Shown one piece after another: positions 37,529 through 47,230 of a stretch of DNA of 64,000 bases (the stretch's first letter is position 1; each line of letters starts with the position of its first letter). The DNA is from Patescibacteria group bacterium (GTDB lineage Bacteria; Patescibacteriota; UBA1384; XYA2-FULL-43-10; 1-14-0-10-43-13), in NCBI GenBank assembly GCA_041666325.1, contig JBAYHC010000002.1, positions 157,319 through 221,318 on the forward strand, given 5' to 3'. The notes under the pieces are model-generated. The model searched no databases. It saw only the letters and a list, made by a program, of their open reading frames with translations, and was not told where the DNA came from. Both the position numbers and the translations under genes were made by a program.

Positions 37529-38944
37529 ATGAACAAAGAGCTTAAAACTACAATTGGTTTGGAGATTCATGTCCAGCTCAAGACTAAGAGCAAGATGTTT
37601 TGCCGATGTGACAATAACGCAGAGGACAAGGCGCCCAATACTGTCGTTTGTCCGGTCTGTTTGGCTTTACCTGGAGCTTTGCCGGTTGCCAATCGACAAG
37701 CAATTGAGTGGACTATTAAGACTGGTCTGGCCATCAATTCTACGATTCCCGAGATTGCCAAATTTGACCGCAAACATTACTTCTACCCGGATTTACCCAA
37801 GGGTTATCAAATCTCCCAATACGACGAACCTTTCTGTGTTGGCGGTGAGATTGAACTGGGTGGCCACAAGGTTAGATTTAACAGAATTCATCTTGAGGAA
37901 GATGCCGGTAAATTAATTCACTTTGGTAGCAAGAGTCTGGTTGACCTTAACCGCGCAGGCACTCCCCTGATGGAGATGGTAACGGAGCCAGATATCACTT
38001 CTCCTCGCATCGCAGCTGATTTTTTGCGCCGGTTACAGAAGCTAGTTCGAGATGAAGTTCAGGTTTCCGAAGCTGACATGGAGAAGGGTCACATGCGATG
38101 TGATGCCAATATTTCGGTGACAGATGGCGAGCATATGTCTGAGATTGTTGAGATCAAGAACCTAAACTCATTCAGGTTTGTCGAGAAGGCATTGATTCTC
38201 GAAGAAGAACGATTGATAGCTGAGTATCCGAATTGGCCGGAGAAAAGAGGTAAGGTTACACGGGGATATGACAGCAAGAACAACAAGACCTATGTTCAGC
38301 GTGTAAAAGAGGAAGCTGCTGATTATCGCTACTTTCCTGAACCAGACTTGCCTCCGTTTGAAACATCGGTATTCGACCTTGAGGAGCTTCGTCGGAATGT
38401 GGGCCGATCCTATGAAACAATAGTTGCAGAATTGACTGGAGAAGGTGTAGCTGAGCCTGAGGCGAAAGTATTGGCCTCAGATAACAAGAAGTTCCAGAGC
38501 TATTCTCTTGTTAACCGTGCCTTGGATCCGTCCTACAATGATGCACTGGCAAGGGCAGTTGTACACAATTACTTTGGTTTTGATTTAGCTGGTCCAGATG
38601 ACGAGGTCATGAGTAGCCAATATACTCGGGCGGTAATGGATTTGAAGGATGGAAAAGTAGCATCAAAAATGCAATTCGCCGGCATTGTGGATCTGATACA
38701 TAGCGAAAGTTGTTCGTACGAAGAAGCTAGAAAAGAAGTCGAGGGAGAGGCCGGTGCCGGTGGGGGCGATCTCAGCGGTGTTGTGCAATCGGTTCTCAGC
38801 CAAAACTCAGCCGAAGTTGATAGATATAAGGCGGGAGAAAAACAACTCTTGGGATTCTTCATGGGCCAAGCGATGAAAGAGACCGGAGGCAAAGCTGATC
38901 CGAAACAAATTAATGAACTATTAAGGCAAGAATTAGAAAAGTGA
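37529..38944 (+). CDS. gatB: Asp/Glu-tRNA(Asn/Gln) amidotransferase subunit B
   Basis: GatB N-terminus (IGLEIHVQLKTKSKMFCRC) and C-terminal YqeY-like domain; 471 aa. Confidence 0.9.
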   Translation: MNKELKTTIGLEIHVQLKTKSKMFCRCDNNAEDKAPNTVVCPVCLALPGALPVANRQAIEWTIKTGLAINSTIPEIAKFDRKHYFYPDLPKGYQISQYDEPFCVGGEIELGGHKVRFNRIHLEEDAGKLIHFGSKSLVDLNRAGTPLMEMVTEPDITSPRIAADFLRRLQKLVRDEVQVSEADMEKGHMRCDANISVTDGEHMSEIVEIKNLNSFRFVEKALILEEERLIAEYPNWPEKRGKVTRGYDSKNNKTYVQRVKEEAADYRYFPEPDLPPFETSVFDLEELRRNVGRSYETIVAELTGEGVAEPEAKVLASDNKKFQSYSLVNRALDPSYNDALARAVVHNYFGFDLAGPDDEVMSSQYTRAVMDLKDGKVASKMQFAGIVDLIHSESCSYEEARKEVEGEAGAGGGDLSGVVQSVLSQNSAEVDRYKAGEKQLLGFFMGQAMKETGGKADPKQINELLRQELEK

Positions 38945-38950
38945 GGCAGA

Positions 38951-39493
38951 ATGATTGGGGAAATAATGGCTGAATTATTGGAACCGTTTAGAGCCTTGGG
39001 ACCAAGGTTGCCAATATTGATTTTGGGATTGGCAGCAGGCTATCTGGCTATTAAGATTCTGGCCAGTTTGGCTAGCAATGCGCTAAGACTTGCCAAGGTA
39101 CCCAAGGCACTAACAAATATTGTAATCTCCCTTATTGTGACCGTTCTTTGGTTGATCCTTTTCTCTGAGCTTGCTCGCACTGCCGGATTGCCCTCACTCG
39201 CCGTAAAAATTTCTGGGTCCCTCTTGGTTGTCGGCTTGGCCATTGCCAATGGTGCCTCTGCTGTGGCAGGAGACATTCTGTCTGGTGTATTTTTGGCACA
39301 GGATAGAGATTTCGAGGTTGGCTACCGCATTAAAAGTGGCGAGATTGAGGGGGTGATCAAGAAAATCGATATTCGGAAAACCAGAATCGAGGACAATAAC
39401 GGTTGTTTGCACATCATCCCAAACTCCAAGCTGGATACAGTTGGATGGAAGATAATTTCTCGCGATCCGAATGAGGGTCAGAACAAAAAATAG
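38951..39493 (+). CDS. Small MscS-like mechanosensitive channel family protein
   Basis: Three TM helices followed by an MscS beta domain (GDILSGVFLAQDRDFEVGYRIKSGEIEGVIKKIDIRKTRIEDNNGCLHIIPNSKL). Confidence 0.5.
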   Translation: MIGEIMAELLEPFRALGPRLPILILGLAAGYLAIKILASLASNALRLAKVPKALTNIVISLIVTVLWLILFSELARTAGLPSLAVKISGSLLVVGLAIANGASAVAGDILSGVFLAQDRDFEVGYRIKSGEIEGVIKKIDIRKTRIEDNNGCLHIIPNSKLDTVGWKIISRDPNEGQNKK

Positions 39494-39579
39494 CAGTGAT
39501 TTTACCTCGTGAAAAATCTTCTGCTATAATGAGAGTTGGTTATATATAAACAAATATTTTGCCACAAGAGGGAGGCGCG

Positions 39580-39882
39580 ATGCTTACGGACATTTTGTAT
39601 CAGGTTTTGCTGGCGGTGCTGATTATTGTGGCCATTGTTCTGACTATTGATTTGTGGCGTTTTAATAATATATTGAAACGGCTCGAGGATGTTTCTGCTA
39701 TTGCTCATCGTCGAGCAAAGGAAGTTGACAGATATTTGGCAAGCGCCCAAGCTACCGCCGCTAGCTATCTGGGGTCCCTAAAGGGGTTTGCTCTTTCGTT
39801 TGAGTTTATGAAAATTTTACGTGATCGACTTATGGATCTTAAAAAAAACGACAACAAGAAAGGAGAAAGCGATGACAAATAA
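39580..39882 (+). CDS. DUF948-like membrane protein (N-terminal TM plus coiled coil); start at 39580 with a GAGGGAGG RBS
   Basis: Architecture and pairing with the downstream YtxH-like gene, as in Firmicutes ytxG/ytxH pairs. Overlaps the next gene by 11 nt. Confidence 0.4.
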   Translation: MLTDILYQVLLAVLIIVAIVLTIDLWRFNNILKRLEDVSAIAHRRAKEVDRYLASAQATAASYLGSLKGFALSFEFMKILRDRLMDLKKNDNKKGESDDK

Positions 39883-40147
39883 AGATAATGGCAAAAAGTT
39901 TGCCGCTGGTGCGTTGCTTGGCGCCCTAACCGGAGCTGTTTTGGGAGTTCTTTTTGCTCCGAAGAGCGGCAAGGATACAAGAAAGATCATCAAGGATAAG
40001 GCCAAAGATTATTCCGACAAGGGTAAAGAGCTCGTGGAGAAGGGCAGCGAGAGCGCAAAAGATGCCTGGGAGAAGATGAAAAACAAGGGCGAGGAAATTA
40101 AATCTGATGTTGAAAAAGAGATCGAGAAAAGAACCGATAATAAGTAG
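39872..40147 (+). CDS. YtxH-like general stress protein
   Basis: GALLGALTGAVLGVLFAPKSGKDTRK N-terminal motif followed by a K/E-rich coiled coil; AGGAGA RBS. Confidence 0.6.
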   Translation: MTNKDNGKKFAAGALLGALTGAVLGVLFAPKSGKDTRKIIKDKAKDYSDKGKELVEKGSESAKDAWEKMKNKGEEIKSDVEKEIEKRTDNK

Positions 40148-40195
40148 TATTACTAGAGCTTAAAACAAAGACATATAGGGTTTTAGGAGCATGCA

Positions 40196-41392
40196 ATGGC
40201 AAGAATTGATTTTATTGATCCAGTCACTGGAGATGTAAAAAATAATCATAAAAAACGCTTAAGTTTAGGCGTGGTTGCTTTAGTACTCGTAGCCTTAATG
40301 GTCGGAGCTGTGAGCGGTGTGTTTGGATTACTGGCACTTTCGGCTAATGACGGGGCTCTTGCAAAAAAGTTTGGCTTCCAAGAGCTTTCTATACCGACAA
40401 CCAAGACAGAAAGAATGGTTCTTGAGGAATCAAGCGCGATCATTGACGCAACAAATAAGGTGAAGGGTGCAGTCGTTTCAGTCAAGCAGAAGAAGACCGT
40501 CCAAGACATTTTCGGTCAAGTCGTTGAGGCGGAGGGTGCAGGCACGGGTTTTATTATTACCAATGATGGACTAATTTTAACCAACGCTCATGTTGTTTCC
40601 GACTCAAATGCCACCTATTCGGTGGTCTTGGCAGATGGTACCAGCTACGATGCGGTGGTAAAATCAGTTGATACTTATCAGGACATTGCTGTCCTCAAAG
40701 TTGAGGCTAGAAACCTGCCCGTTGTTGAGCTGGGTGATTCTGATCAACTCGAGGTTGGCCAGTGGGTCGTAGCGGTTGGCAACGCGCTTGGCAAATACCA
40801 GAACACGGTGACCGCAGGTATCGTCTCTGGGCGGAACCGCAAGATTCAAGCAACTGATTCTTCTTCTGGCGCGACTGAGACTCTGGACAATCTTATTCAA
40901 ACAGATGCGGCCATAAATCAGGGTAACTCCGGTGGTCCACTCGTAAACCTTAAGGGTCAAGTTATTGGCATAAACACAGCCGTTGCCACAAACGCACAGG
41001 GTATTGGCTTTGCTATTCCTATAAGTGAAGCTAAATCTGCAATCGAAAGCATCAAGAGATCAGGTCGAATAATTCGACCGTTTATCGGTGTCCGTTATGT
41101 TCAGGTTACACCGGAGATCGTTAAAGAAAACAGTCTAACTGTCGATTATGGTGCTTGGGTTTTGCGTGGTCAGGGCATGGGTCAGGTAGCAGTTGTTGCT
41201 GGATCACCAGCCGATAAGGCAGGTATAGTTGAGAATGATATTATTCTCGAAATTAACGGCGAGAAGATCGACCAGAACAACAGCCTGATAAGTCTGATAC
41301 AGCAGTATCAAGTCGGTGACGAAGTTGAGCTCAAGGTTTTGTCAAAGGGCAGCGAAAAGAAGGTTAAAGTTACGCTCGAAGAAAGAAAGTAA
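40196..41392 (+). CDS. htrA: HtrA/DegP-family serine protease with a C-terminal PDZ domain
   Basis: Catalytic-triad contexts TNAHVV (His), DIAVLKV (Asp), GNSGGPLVN (Ser); PDZ at the C-terminus; N-terminal TM. Confidence 0.85.
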   Translation: MARIDFIDPVTGDVKNNHKKRLSLGVVALVLVALMVGAVSGVFGLLALSANDGALAKKFGFQELSIPTTKTERMVLEESSAIIDATNKVKGAVVSVKQKKTVQDIFGQVVEAEGAGTGFIITNDGLILTNAHVVSDSNATYSVVLADGTSYDAVVKSVDTYQDIAVLKVEARNLPVVELGDSDQLEVGQWVVAVGNALGKYQNTVTAGIVSGRNRKIQATDSSSGATETLDNLIQTDAAINQGNSGGPLVNLKGQVIGINTAVATNAQGIGFAIPISEAKSAIESIKRSGRIIRPFIGVRYVQVTPEIVKENSLTVDYGAWVLRGQGMGQVAVVAGSPADKAGIVENDIILEINGEKIDQNNSLISLIQQYQVGDEVELKVLSKGSEKKVKVTLEERK

Positions 41393-41415
41393 CCGCCAAT
41401 ATCTCGTTAATAAAC

Positions 41416-41443
41416 AAAAAATACGCTCAAAGCGTATTTTTTG
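41416..41443. terminator. Bidirectional intrinsic terminator (A5-ATACGCT-CAA-AGCGTAT-T6)
   Basis: Perfect 7-bp stem flanked by an A-run and a T-run, between convergent genes. Confidence 0.75.
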
Positions 41444-41544
41444 TGTACGCCTTTTGCCATGTGTCTTGGAGCAGACTGATTGGCTCGGCAAAAGGCGCGG
41501 TAGGCTAGATGGTGGGACACTGACTTTTCCTCCTTCTCGCCCTG

Positions 41545-41769
41545 TCATTCGTTCTTGTCGGGCGGAAAGATAAAGATTATACGACACTGCTCGCAGGAAA
41601 CGGCATAAATCGGAACCTTGTGTGTCGTTCCGTCCCGGTTGATCTTGATGTCGAGAGATGCTAGGTTTCCTCGACATTGTGGACACGTGATGAGCCGGCG
41701 CTGGATCTGCATGACTTGATAGCGATCGTTTATCCTGATTTGTTGGAGTTCGGCCTCCGATAGTGCCAT
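41545..41769 (-). CDS. Small zinc-ribbon protein (two CxxC pairs), hypothetical
   Basis: CPQC...CEQC spacing; located directly downstream of prmC on the minus strand. Confidence 0.4.
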   Translation of the reverse strand: MALSEAELQQIRINDRYQVMQIQRRLITCPQCRGNLASLDIKINRDGTTHKVPIYAVSCEQCRIIFIFPPDKNE

Positions 41770-41802
41770 CTTGTTCGCCCCCCTTCCTGGCTCGATAGCA
41801 GC

Positions 41803-42789
41803 TTAATTAGAACATATCGAGAGAAATCTATCAAGAGAGGCAAGGTCTTTGTGCAAATCTACCTTTCTGTCAGAAAAAATCTGTTTGGCTGTGTTAAATA
41901 ATTCAGTGGCGTTGCGTGGATCCAGTTCTGCTAAGATGATTCCGCCAGGGTTGATTCGATCCCTTACTTCGCTCAGGAAGCGTTTAATAATCGTTGTGCC
42001 ATTTTCGCCTGCGAATATGGCTTCTTGCGGCTCGAAATCTATTGGGCTCTTCCGTCTGGAGTTTACCCCGACTTTGTCGGGGCCTTCCGCCATACTAAGG
42101 ATGGCTATTTCCTGATGAGTTTGGGGCACATAGGGCAGATTCGCGATTACGAGATCAAATTTTCTTGGGAGTCGTTTGTTGGAGAGTAGATCGGAGTTAT
42201 AAAAGCTAATTGAGCCCTTAACGCCATGCTTTTCAGCATTTTTCTTAGCAACCGTTAAGGCTCTCGAAGAGATGTCGGTGGCATAAATATTGGTAGAAAG
42301 TAAAGAATGGAGGGTAGAAAGGGATTTTGCAATGGAAACAGCAATGCAACCGGAGCCAGTGCCGACGTCTAGAATTATGAATTTAGAATTATGAATTATG
42401 AGTTTGTGGCTGTTTGTTTCTTGCCGCTTTTCGTTAATTCTTGATTCATAATTCTTAATTCTGTCGAGTGCGGTTTCGACCAGTAGCTCTGTCTCTGGAC
42501 GTGGAATCAGGACATTTTTATTAACTATAAAATCTAGACCATAAAATTCCTTGTGGCCCAAAATATAGGCAACTGGTTCGCCCGTTTTCCTTCGGCGGAT
42601 ATAGCGCCTGAAGCGAGAGTAGTCAGCATTAGTCATCGGCATTTGGGGGTGAGAAAAAATAAACGGTGCGTCCTTGGATATGGCTGCTTCCAGTAGTACC
42701 CTAGCATCAAGATCGGGTGTTTCAACACCTTGGTTTGATAGTTCCTTGGATGCTCTTTTCAAAATTGTGCCAATTGAAAGATAACTCAT
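41803..42789 (-). CDS. prmC: Release-factor glutamine N5-methyltransferase PrmC (HemK)
   Basis: SAM-binding motif LDVGTGSGCIAV and substrate motif NLPYV (NPPY-type). Adjacent to prfA. Confidence 0.8.
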   Translation of the reverse strand: MSYLSIGTILKRASKELSNQGVETPDLDARVLLEAAISKDAPFIFSHPQMPMTNADYSRFRRYIRRRKTGEPVAYILGHKEFYGLDFIVNKNVLIPRPETELLVETALDRIKNYESRINEKRQETNSHKLIIHNSKFIILDVGTGSGCIAVSIAKSLSTLHSLLSTNIYATDISSRALTVAKKNAEKHGVKGSISFYNSDLLSNKRLPRKFDLVIANLPYVPQTHQEIAILSMAEGPDKVGVNSRRKSPIDFEPQEAIFAGENGTTIIKRFLSEVRDRINPGGIILAELDPRNATELFNTAKQIFSDRKVDLHKDLASLDRFLSICSN

Positions 42790-42809
42790 GGGATAATCTT
42801 TTGTTGCCT

Positions 42810-43892
42810 TTATCGAACGCTTGTTTCCTCTGATGTGGCAAGCAGCCTTGCTTGGTCTTCGGAGACTAGACTGTTCACGATAGGTTCAAGGTCGCCGTCC
42901 AGAATACGAGGCAGACTGTGCCAAGATTCATTAATTCGGTGATCAGTGAGACGGTCTTGGGGGAAATTGTAGGTTCTAATTTTTTCAGATCGGTCACCTG
43001 TGCCGACCTGCGATCGGCGTGCGTCACCACGCTCTTTAGCCAGTCGCTCTTCTTCTGCTGCAAGCAAACGAGAACGTAGGATACTAAGGGCTTTTTCTCT
43101 ATTTTTCAGTTGGCTTTTTTCGTCTTGACAGGACACCACTGTGTTGGTTGGGAGGTGTGTGATACGGACGGCAGAGTAGGTAGTGTTGACTGACTGGCCG
43201 CCCGGGCCAGTGGCACAGAAGGTGTCAATTCGAAGATCTTCGGGCTTGATTGCAATATCAGCTTCCTCTGCTTCCGGCAGTACGGCTACAGTGATGGTTG
43301 ATGTGTGGATGCGACCAGCCTTTTCTGTCTCTGGAACACGCTGAACACGATGCACGCCGCTTTCGTATTTCATCTTTGAATAAACGTTGCGCCCGTTTAT
43401 TTGGAATGTGATTGACTTCAGGCCGCCGATCGGTGAAGGTTGCGAGTCGAGTATCTCTATCTTCCATTCTTGTCGCTCGGCATAACGGGCATACATCCTG
43501 AAGACTTCTGCTGCAAATAGCTCAGATTCATCGCCTCCCGCACCGGGCCTGATTTCGATGATGACGTTTTTTTCATCGTTTCTGTCTTTGGGCAGGATGG
43601 CAATTTCCATTTCTTTCTCAAGTTCTCCAAATTCTCTTTCAAGGTCTGCTAGCTCAGCCTGTGCGATCTCGGCCAACTCTGGGTCGATGCCGCTATTGAT
43701 AATGTCTTGGTTCTCGGAAATGTTTCTCTGCACTGCAAAATAACGTTCAATTCTCTCTGCAAGGGGTGCGATATCTGCTTTTTCCTTGGAGATTTTGACA
43801 AATTGAGCTTGGTCTTGTGTGATCATGGGATCGTTTAATCTTTGTTCAAGATTGCGATAGTTGTCTAATATTTTTTGCAGTTTCTCATTCAT
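42810..43892 (-). CDS. prfA: Peptide chain release factor 1
   Basis: GGQ motif ([10 protein letters not shown]) and PxT-region sequence of RF1; 360 aa. Confidence 0.9.
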   Translation of the reverse strand: MNEKLQKILDNYRNLEQRLNDPMITQDQAQFVKISKEKADIAPLAERIERYFAVQRNISENQDIINSGIDPELAEIAQAELADLEREFGELEKEMEIAILPKDRNDEKNVIIEIRPGAGGDESELFAAEVFRMYARYAERQEWKIEILDSQPSPIGGLKSITFQINGRNVYSKMKYESGVHRVQRVPETEKAGRIHTSTITVAVLPEAEEADIAIKPEDLRIDTFCATGPGGQSVNTTYSAVRITHLPTNTVVSCQDEKSQLKNREKALSILRSRLLAAEEERLAKERGDARRSQVGTGDRSEKIRTYNFPQDRLTDHRINESWHSLPRILDGDLEPIVNSLVSEDQARLLATSEETSVR

Positions 43893-44080
43893 AAGATTTT
43901 CCTAATCATATATGGACGACAGACTTAATGGACGACGGATTTAAGCATAAAATTTTTGTTGGTTGCTTTGCCTGACTTTGGTCGAGGTTGGAGTCTGTTA
44001 GTTCGTTTTTTTATTTGGTTAATTAAAAACCGGCCTTTGTTTCTCTGCTCTCAAGAAGGCGGAGATAGTGCCGGTTTTAA

Positions 44081-44166
44081 TTATAACAAGATATGATAAT
44101 GCCCGATAGGGCGACAAGGCGTTACAAGAAGCGAAGCGCACTTATAACAAGATATGATAATGCCCG
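44081..44166. repeat. Two perfect 25-bp direct repeats (TTATAACAAGATATGATAATGCCCG at 44081-44105 and 44142-44166); similarity extends over about 45 bp
   Basis: Seen directly in the sequence. The repeats lie in the prfA upstream / rpmE downstream intergenic region. Confidence 0.8.
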
Positions 44167-44211
44167 GCGACAGTGCGTTAAACGAGTGAAACGAGTATAA
44201 CTTAAAATCAA

Positions 44212-44499
44212 CTACTCTTCAGCAGTTTCTTTTTTGATTTTTTCTTTCTTTGCTTCAGCCTTAGTGTTTGCTTTTGCCTTTTCGGCTTCGGCCTTTTCAC
44301 GTGCAGCCACGCGAGCTCTGAACTTATCGACTCGTCCTGCTGTGTCGACTAGCTTTTGCTTGCCGGTGTAGAAAGGATGACAGGATGAACATATTTCAAC
44401 CTTGATGCCTTCTTGCGTCGAGCCAACAGAATAAGTTGCGCCACAGGCGCAAGTGATGACGGTATCATTGAAATATGTTGGATGGATACTTGGTTTCAT
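44212..44499 (-). CDS. rpmE: 50S ribosomal protein L31 (zinc-ribbon form) with a K/E-rich C-terminal tail
   Basis: MKPSIHPTY...CxC...[13 protein letters not shown]31 signature. Confidence 0.85.
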   Translation of the reverse strand: MKPSIHPTYFNDTVITCACGATYSVGSTQEGIKVEICSSCHPFYTGKQKLVDTAGRVDKFRARVAAREKAEAEKAKANTKAEAKKEKIKKETAEE

Positions 44500-44928
44500 T
44501 TAAAACACCTAAAACTTAAGAACTAAAGAACAAAAAACGAAATCAGGCTCGTTTTTTATATCAACGAGATAAATATATCACACTATTGAATCTATGTAAA
44601 TAGTCTGCTATACTCCATCGAGTAATCCTCATCATTGAGGAAGCGGATCCTCCTTCGCTCGGGTTTGCCTCGAATCTTTCAGTTTTGCAGGCAAAACTGC
44701 GCTGTGGAGAACGCACCCTTGGGCAAAGCCCGAGGAGTACACACGTCCATCTCAAATTCTTTCCCGGTTTACCGGGAGTGTTGGGCGGAGGTTTAAAAAA
44801 GAATTAGCGCCGAGCAAAGCTTGGCAGCCCCTGCTAAATTACGAATTGCTCAAAATTACGAATAGTATTTGTAATTTCGTACTTTCGTTTAGTTTGTATT
44901 TTCGTAGGGGACTAGAAAGGAATATTTT

Positions 44929-45645
44929 ATGGCTACGACATTACCAACGTTGCGTAATCTCTTGGACGCAGGTGTTCATTTTGGACACAAAACATCTCGT
45001 TGGCATCCGGCAATGGAGAAGTATATTTTTACATCCAAATCTGGCGTGCATGTTATCAACCTTGAGTCGACCGCAGAGAAAATGGCCGAGGCTGTTAATT
45101 TTTTGAAGGAACTTTCCGCTTCGGGCAAAACAGTCATGTTTGTTGGCACAAAGAAGCAAGCTGCAAATATCATCAAAGTTGCAGCTGAAAATTGTGGCAT
45201 GCCGTTTGTAAACTCTCGCTGGCTTGGCGGGACTCTTACCAACTTTGACATTATCCGGGGTTCTGTCAAAAAGTTCGAGAAGAACAAGAAAATGCTCGAG
45301 GGCGAAGAGGCTAACGCACTATCAAAGAGAGACCGAACCAAATTAAAAGAAGAAACTGAAAAGGCAGAGAAGGTTTTGGGTGGACTCGTCAAACTTGAGA
45401 AAAAGCCTGATGCGTTAATTCTGATTGGTGCTCATGATGAGAAAAATGCTCTTCGTGAGGCAAAAAATGCTGGCATTCCAGTCATTGCTATTGTTGATAC
45501 CAACACAAACCCCAGTCTGATCGACTATCCAGTGCCGGCAAATGATGATGCCACCAAATCAATCGAACTTTTCGCTAACCTTTTTTCCCAGATTATCAAG
45601 GAGAATAAGGGAGCAGTAGTTGAGAAAAAAGAAGAAACAAAATAG
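44929..45645 (+). CDS. rpsB: 30S ribosomal protein S2
   Basis: LLDAGVHFGHKTSRWHP and other S2 signature sequence; tsf follows. Confidence 0.9.
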   Translation: MATTLPTLRNLLDAGVHFGHKTSRWHPAMEKYIFTSKSGVHVINLESTAEKMAEAVNFLKELSASGKTVMFVGTKKQAANIIKVAAENCGMPFVNSRWLGGTLTNFDIIRGSVKKFEKNKKMLEGEEANALSKRDRTKLKEETEKAEKVLGGLVKLEKKPDALILIGAHDEKNALREAKNAGIPVIAIVDTNTNPSLIDYPVPANDDATKSIELFANLFSQIIKENKGAVVEKKEETK

Positions 45646-45829
45646 TTTATAAAGTTAAAAGTTCCTAAAGTTTGTAAAATAGCTCTCATCTGTCGGGGGT
45701 CATCCCAACCCATTGATCTTTGAGGCGGAGGGATCCTCCAGCATGCTAGATTAAATCTCTCAGAATAACTTTATTGCTTTATAACCTTACGAACTTTATA
45801 AACTTTATGAACTCTAATCAAGGAGTTTT

Positions 45830-46426
45830 ATGGCAGACATCAAAGCATCACAAGTTGCACAGTTGCGTAACAAAACCGGTTTATCAATGATGGAGTGTAA
45901 AAAGGCTCTTGTTGAGGCAGGCGGCGATGAGGCTGCAGCATTAGAAATCCTCCGTCGCAGCGGCGCAGATAAAGCCAGCAAGAAAGCCGAAAGGACTACA
46001 GGGTCAGGGATCATCGAGGCCTACTCTCACGAAGGCAGGATCGGTGTTTTGGTTGAGGTTTTGTGCGAAACTGACTTTGTCACAAGGAATGAAGAATTCA
46101 AACAGCTCGCCCATGACGTTGCTTTGCAGGTTGCAGCCATGAACCCACTCTATGTTTCTCGGGATAACGTTCCCGCTGAGATTTTAGACGAGCAGAAGAA
46201 AATCTTTGAGGATGAGGCTAGGTCTGGCGGTAAACCGGAAGATATCATTGCCAAAATTGCCGAAGGCAAACTCGAAAAGTATTTTGCCGAAGTATGCCTG
46301 GTTGATCAGCCTTTCGTAAAGGATCAAGACACAACTATCGGAAAACTCATTACGGAAAAGATTGCAAAAATTGGTGAGAATATTGCCGTATCCCGATTTG
46401 TTCGTTTCGAACTCGGCTTGAAATAG
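45830..46426 (+). CDS. tsf: Elongation factor Ts (short form)
   Basis: N-terminal UBA-like motif (LRNKTGLSMMECKKALVEAGGD) and dimerisation core. Confidence 0.85.
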   Translation: MADIKASQVAQLRNKTGLSMMECKKALVEAGGDEAAALEILRRSGADKASKKAERTTGSGIIEAYSHEGRIGVLVEVLCETDFVTRNEEFKQLAHDVALQVAAMNPLYVSRDNVPAEILDEQKKIFEDEARSGGKPEDIIAKIAEGKLEKYFAEVCLVDQPFVKDQDTTIGKLITEKIAKIGENIAVSRFVRFELGLK

Positions 46427-46482
46427 TTTTTGTACCTGCTTTAGCTTTCCTTAGTTGGAGTTTTTTGCTAGACTGATGCTAA

Positions 46483-47196
46483 ATGCAGAAGCCGAAATAT
46501 AAACGTGTTCTAATTAAACTATCTGGCGAGGCACTATTGGGCTCTCGCCATTATGGTATTGAGCCCGAAACTGTTGACAAGGTTGCGTCGGAGATTGCCA
46601 AAACTTCTAGTACTGGTGCAGAGATTGTGATAGTTTTGGGTGGCGGGAATATCTTCCGTGGTTTAGCCGCATCAAAACATGGTCTAGACCGTACGGCAGC
46701 CGACTATATAGGAATGCTGGCAACGGTTATGAATTCGCTCGCACTTGGTAGTTCGCTAAAGAAGATCGGTCTTGAGAATCGAGTTCAGTCGGCAATTGAT
46801 ATGCCCAAGGTCTGCGAGTCTTACATTCGTAATCGTGCTATTCGCCATCTTGAGAAAGGAAGGGTTGTGATCGTGGGTGCTGGTTCGGGAAATCCATATT
46901 TTTCCACAGATACGGCTGCAGCCATGCGGGCATGCGAATTAAATTGTGATGTAGTGCTCAAAGCAACCAAAGTTGATGGTGTTTACAACAAAGATCCGGA
47001 AAAGTTCCCAGATGCAGTACGGATAGAGCAGCTTGCGCATCTTGACATATTAAACAATGGGTATGGAGTCATGGACAACACTGCCGTAACCTTGTGTATG
47101 GACAACAAGTTGCCTATCCTTGTTCTCGAGTTGCTCAAGGACGACAATATCAAGAGGGCCGTTCTGGGAGAGAAAATCGGTACTATTGTAAAGTAA
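46483..47196 (+). CDS. pyrH: UMP kinase
   Basis: VLIKLSGEAL N-terminal motif, GGGNIFRG, amino-acid kinase fold. Confidence 0.9.
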   Translation: MQKPKYKRVLIKLSGEALLGSRHYGIEPETVDKVASEIAKTSSTGAEIVIVLGGGNIFRGLAASKHGLDRTAADYIGMLATVMNSLALGSSLKKIGLENRVQSAIDMPKVCESYIRNRAIRHLEKGRVVIVGAGSGNPYFSTDTAAAMRACELNCDVVLKATKVDGVYNKDPEKFPDAVRIEQLAHLDILNNGYGVMDNTAVTLCMDNKLPILVLELLKDDNIKRAVLGEKIGTIVK

Positions 47197-47230
47197 CTCA
47201 TTTAGGAAGATGGTAAAACAAGGAGTCGCT

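Noticed and set aside
44081-44166. Possible CRISPR array
   Set aside because: There are only two repeat copies and the flanks are also similar (a tandem duplication). There is no dyad symmetry and no cas genes, so this is not CRISPR.
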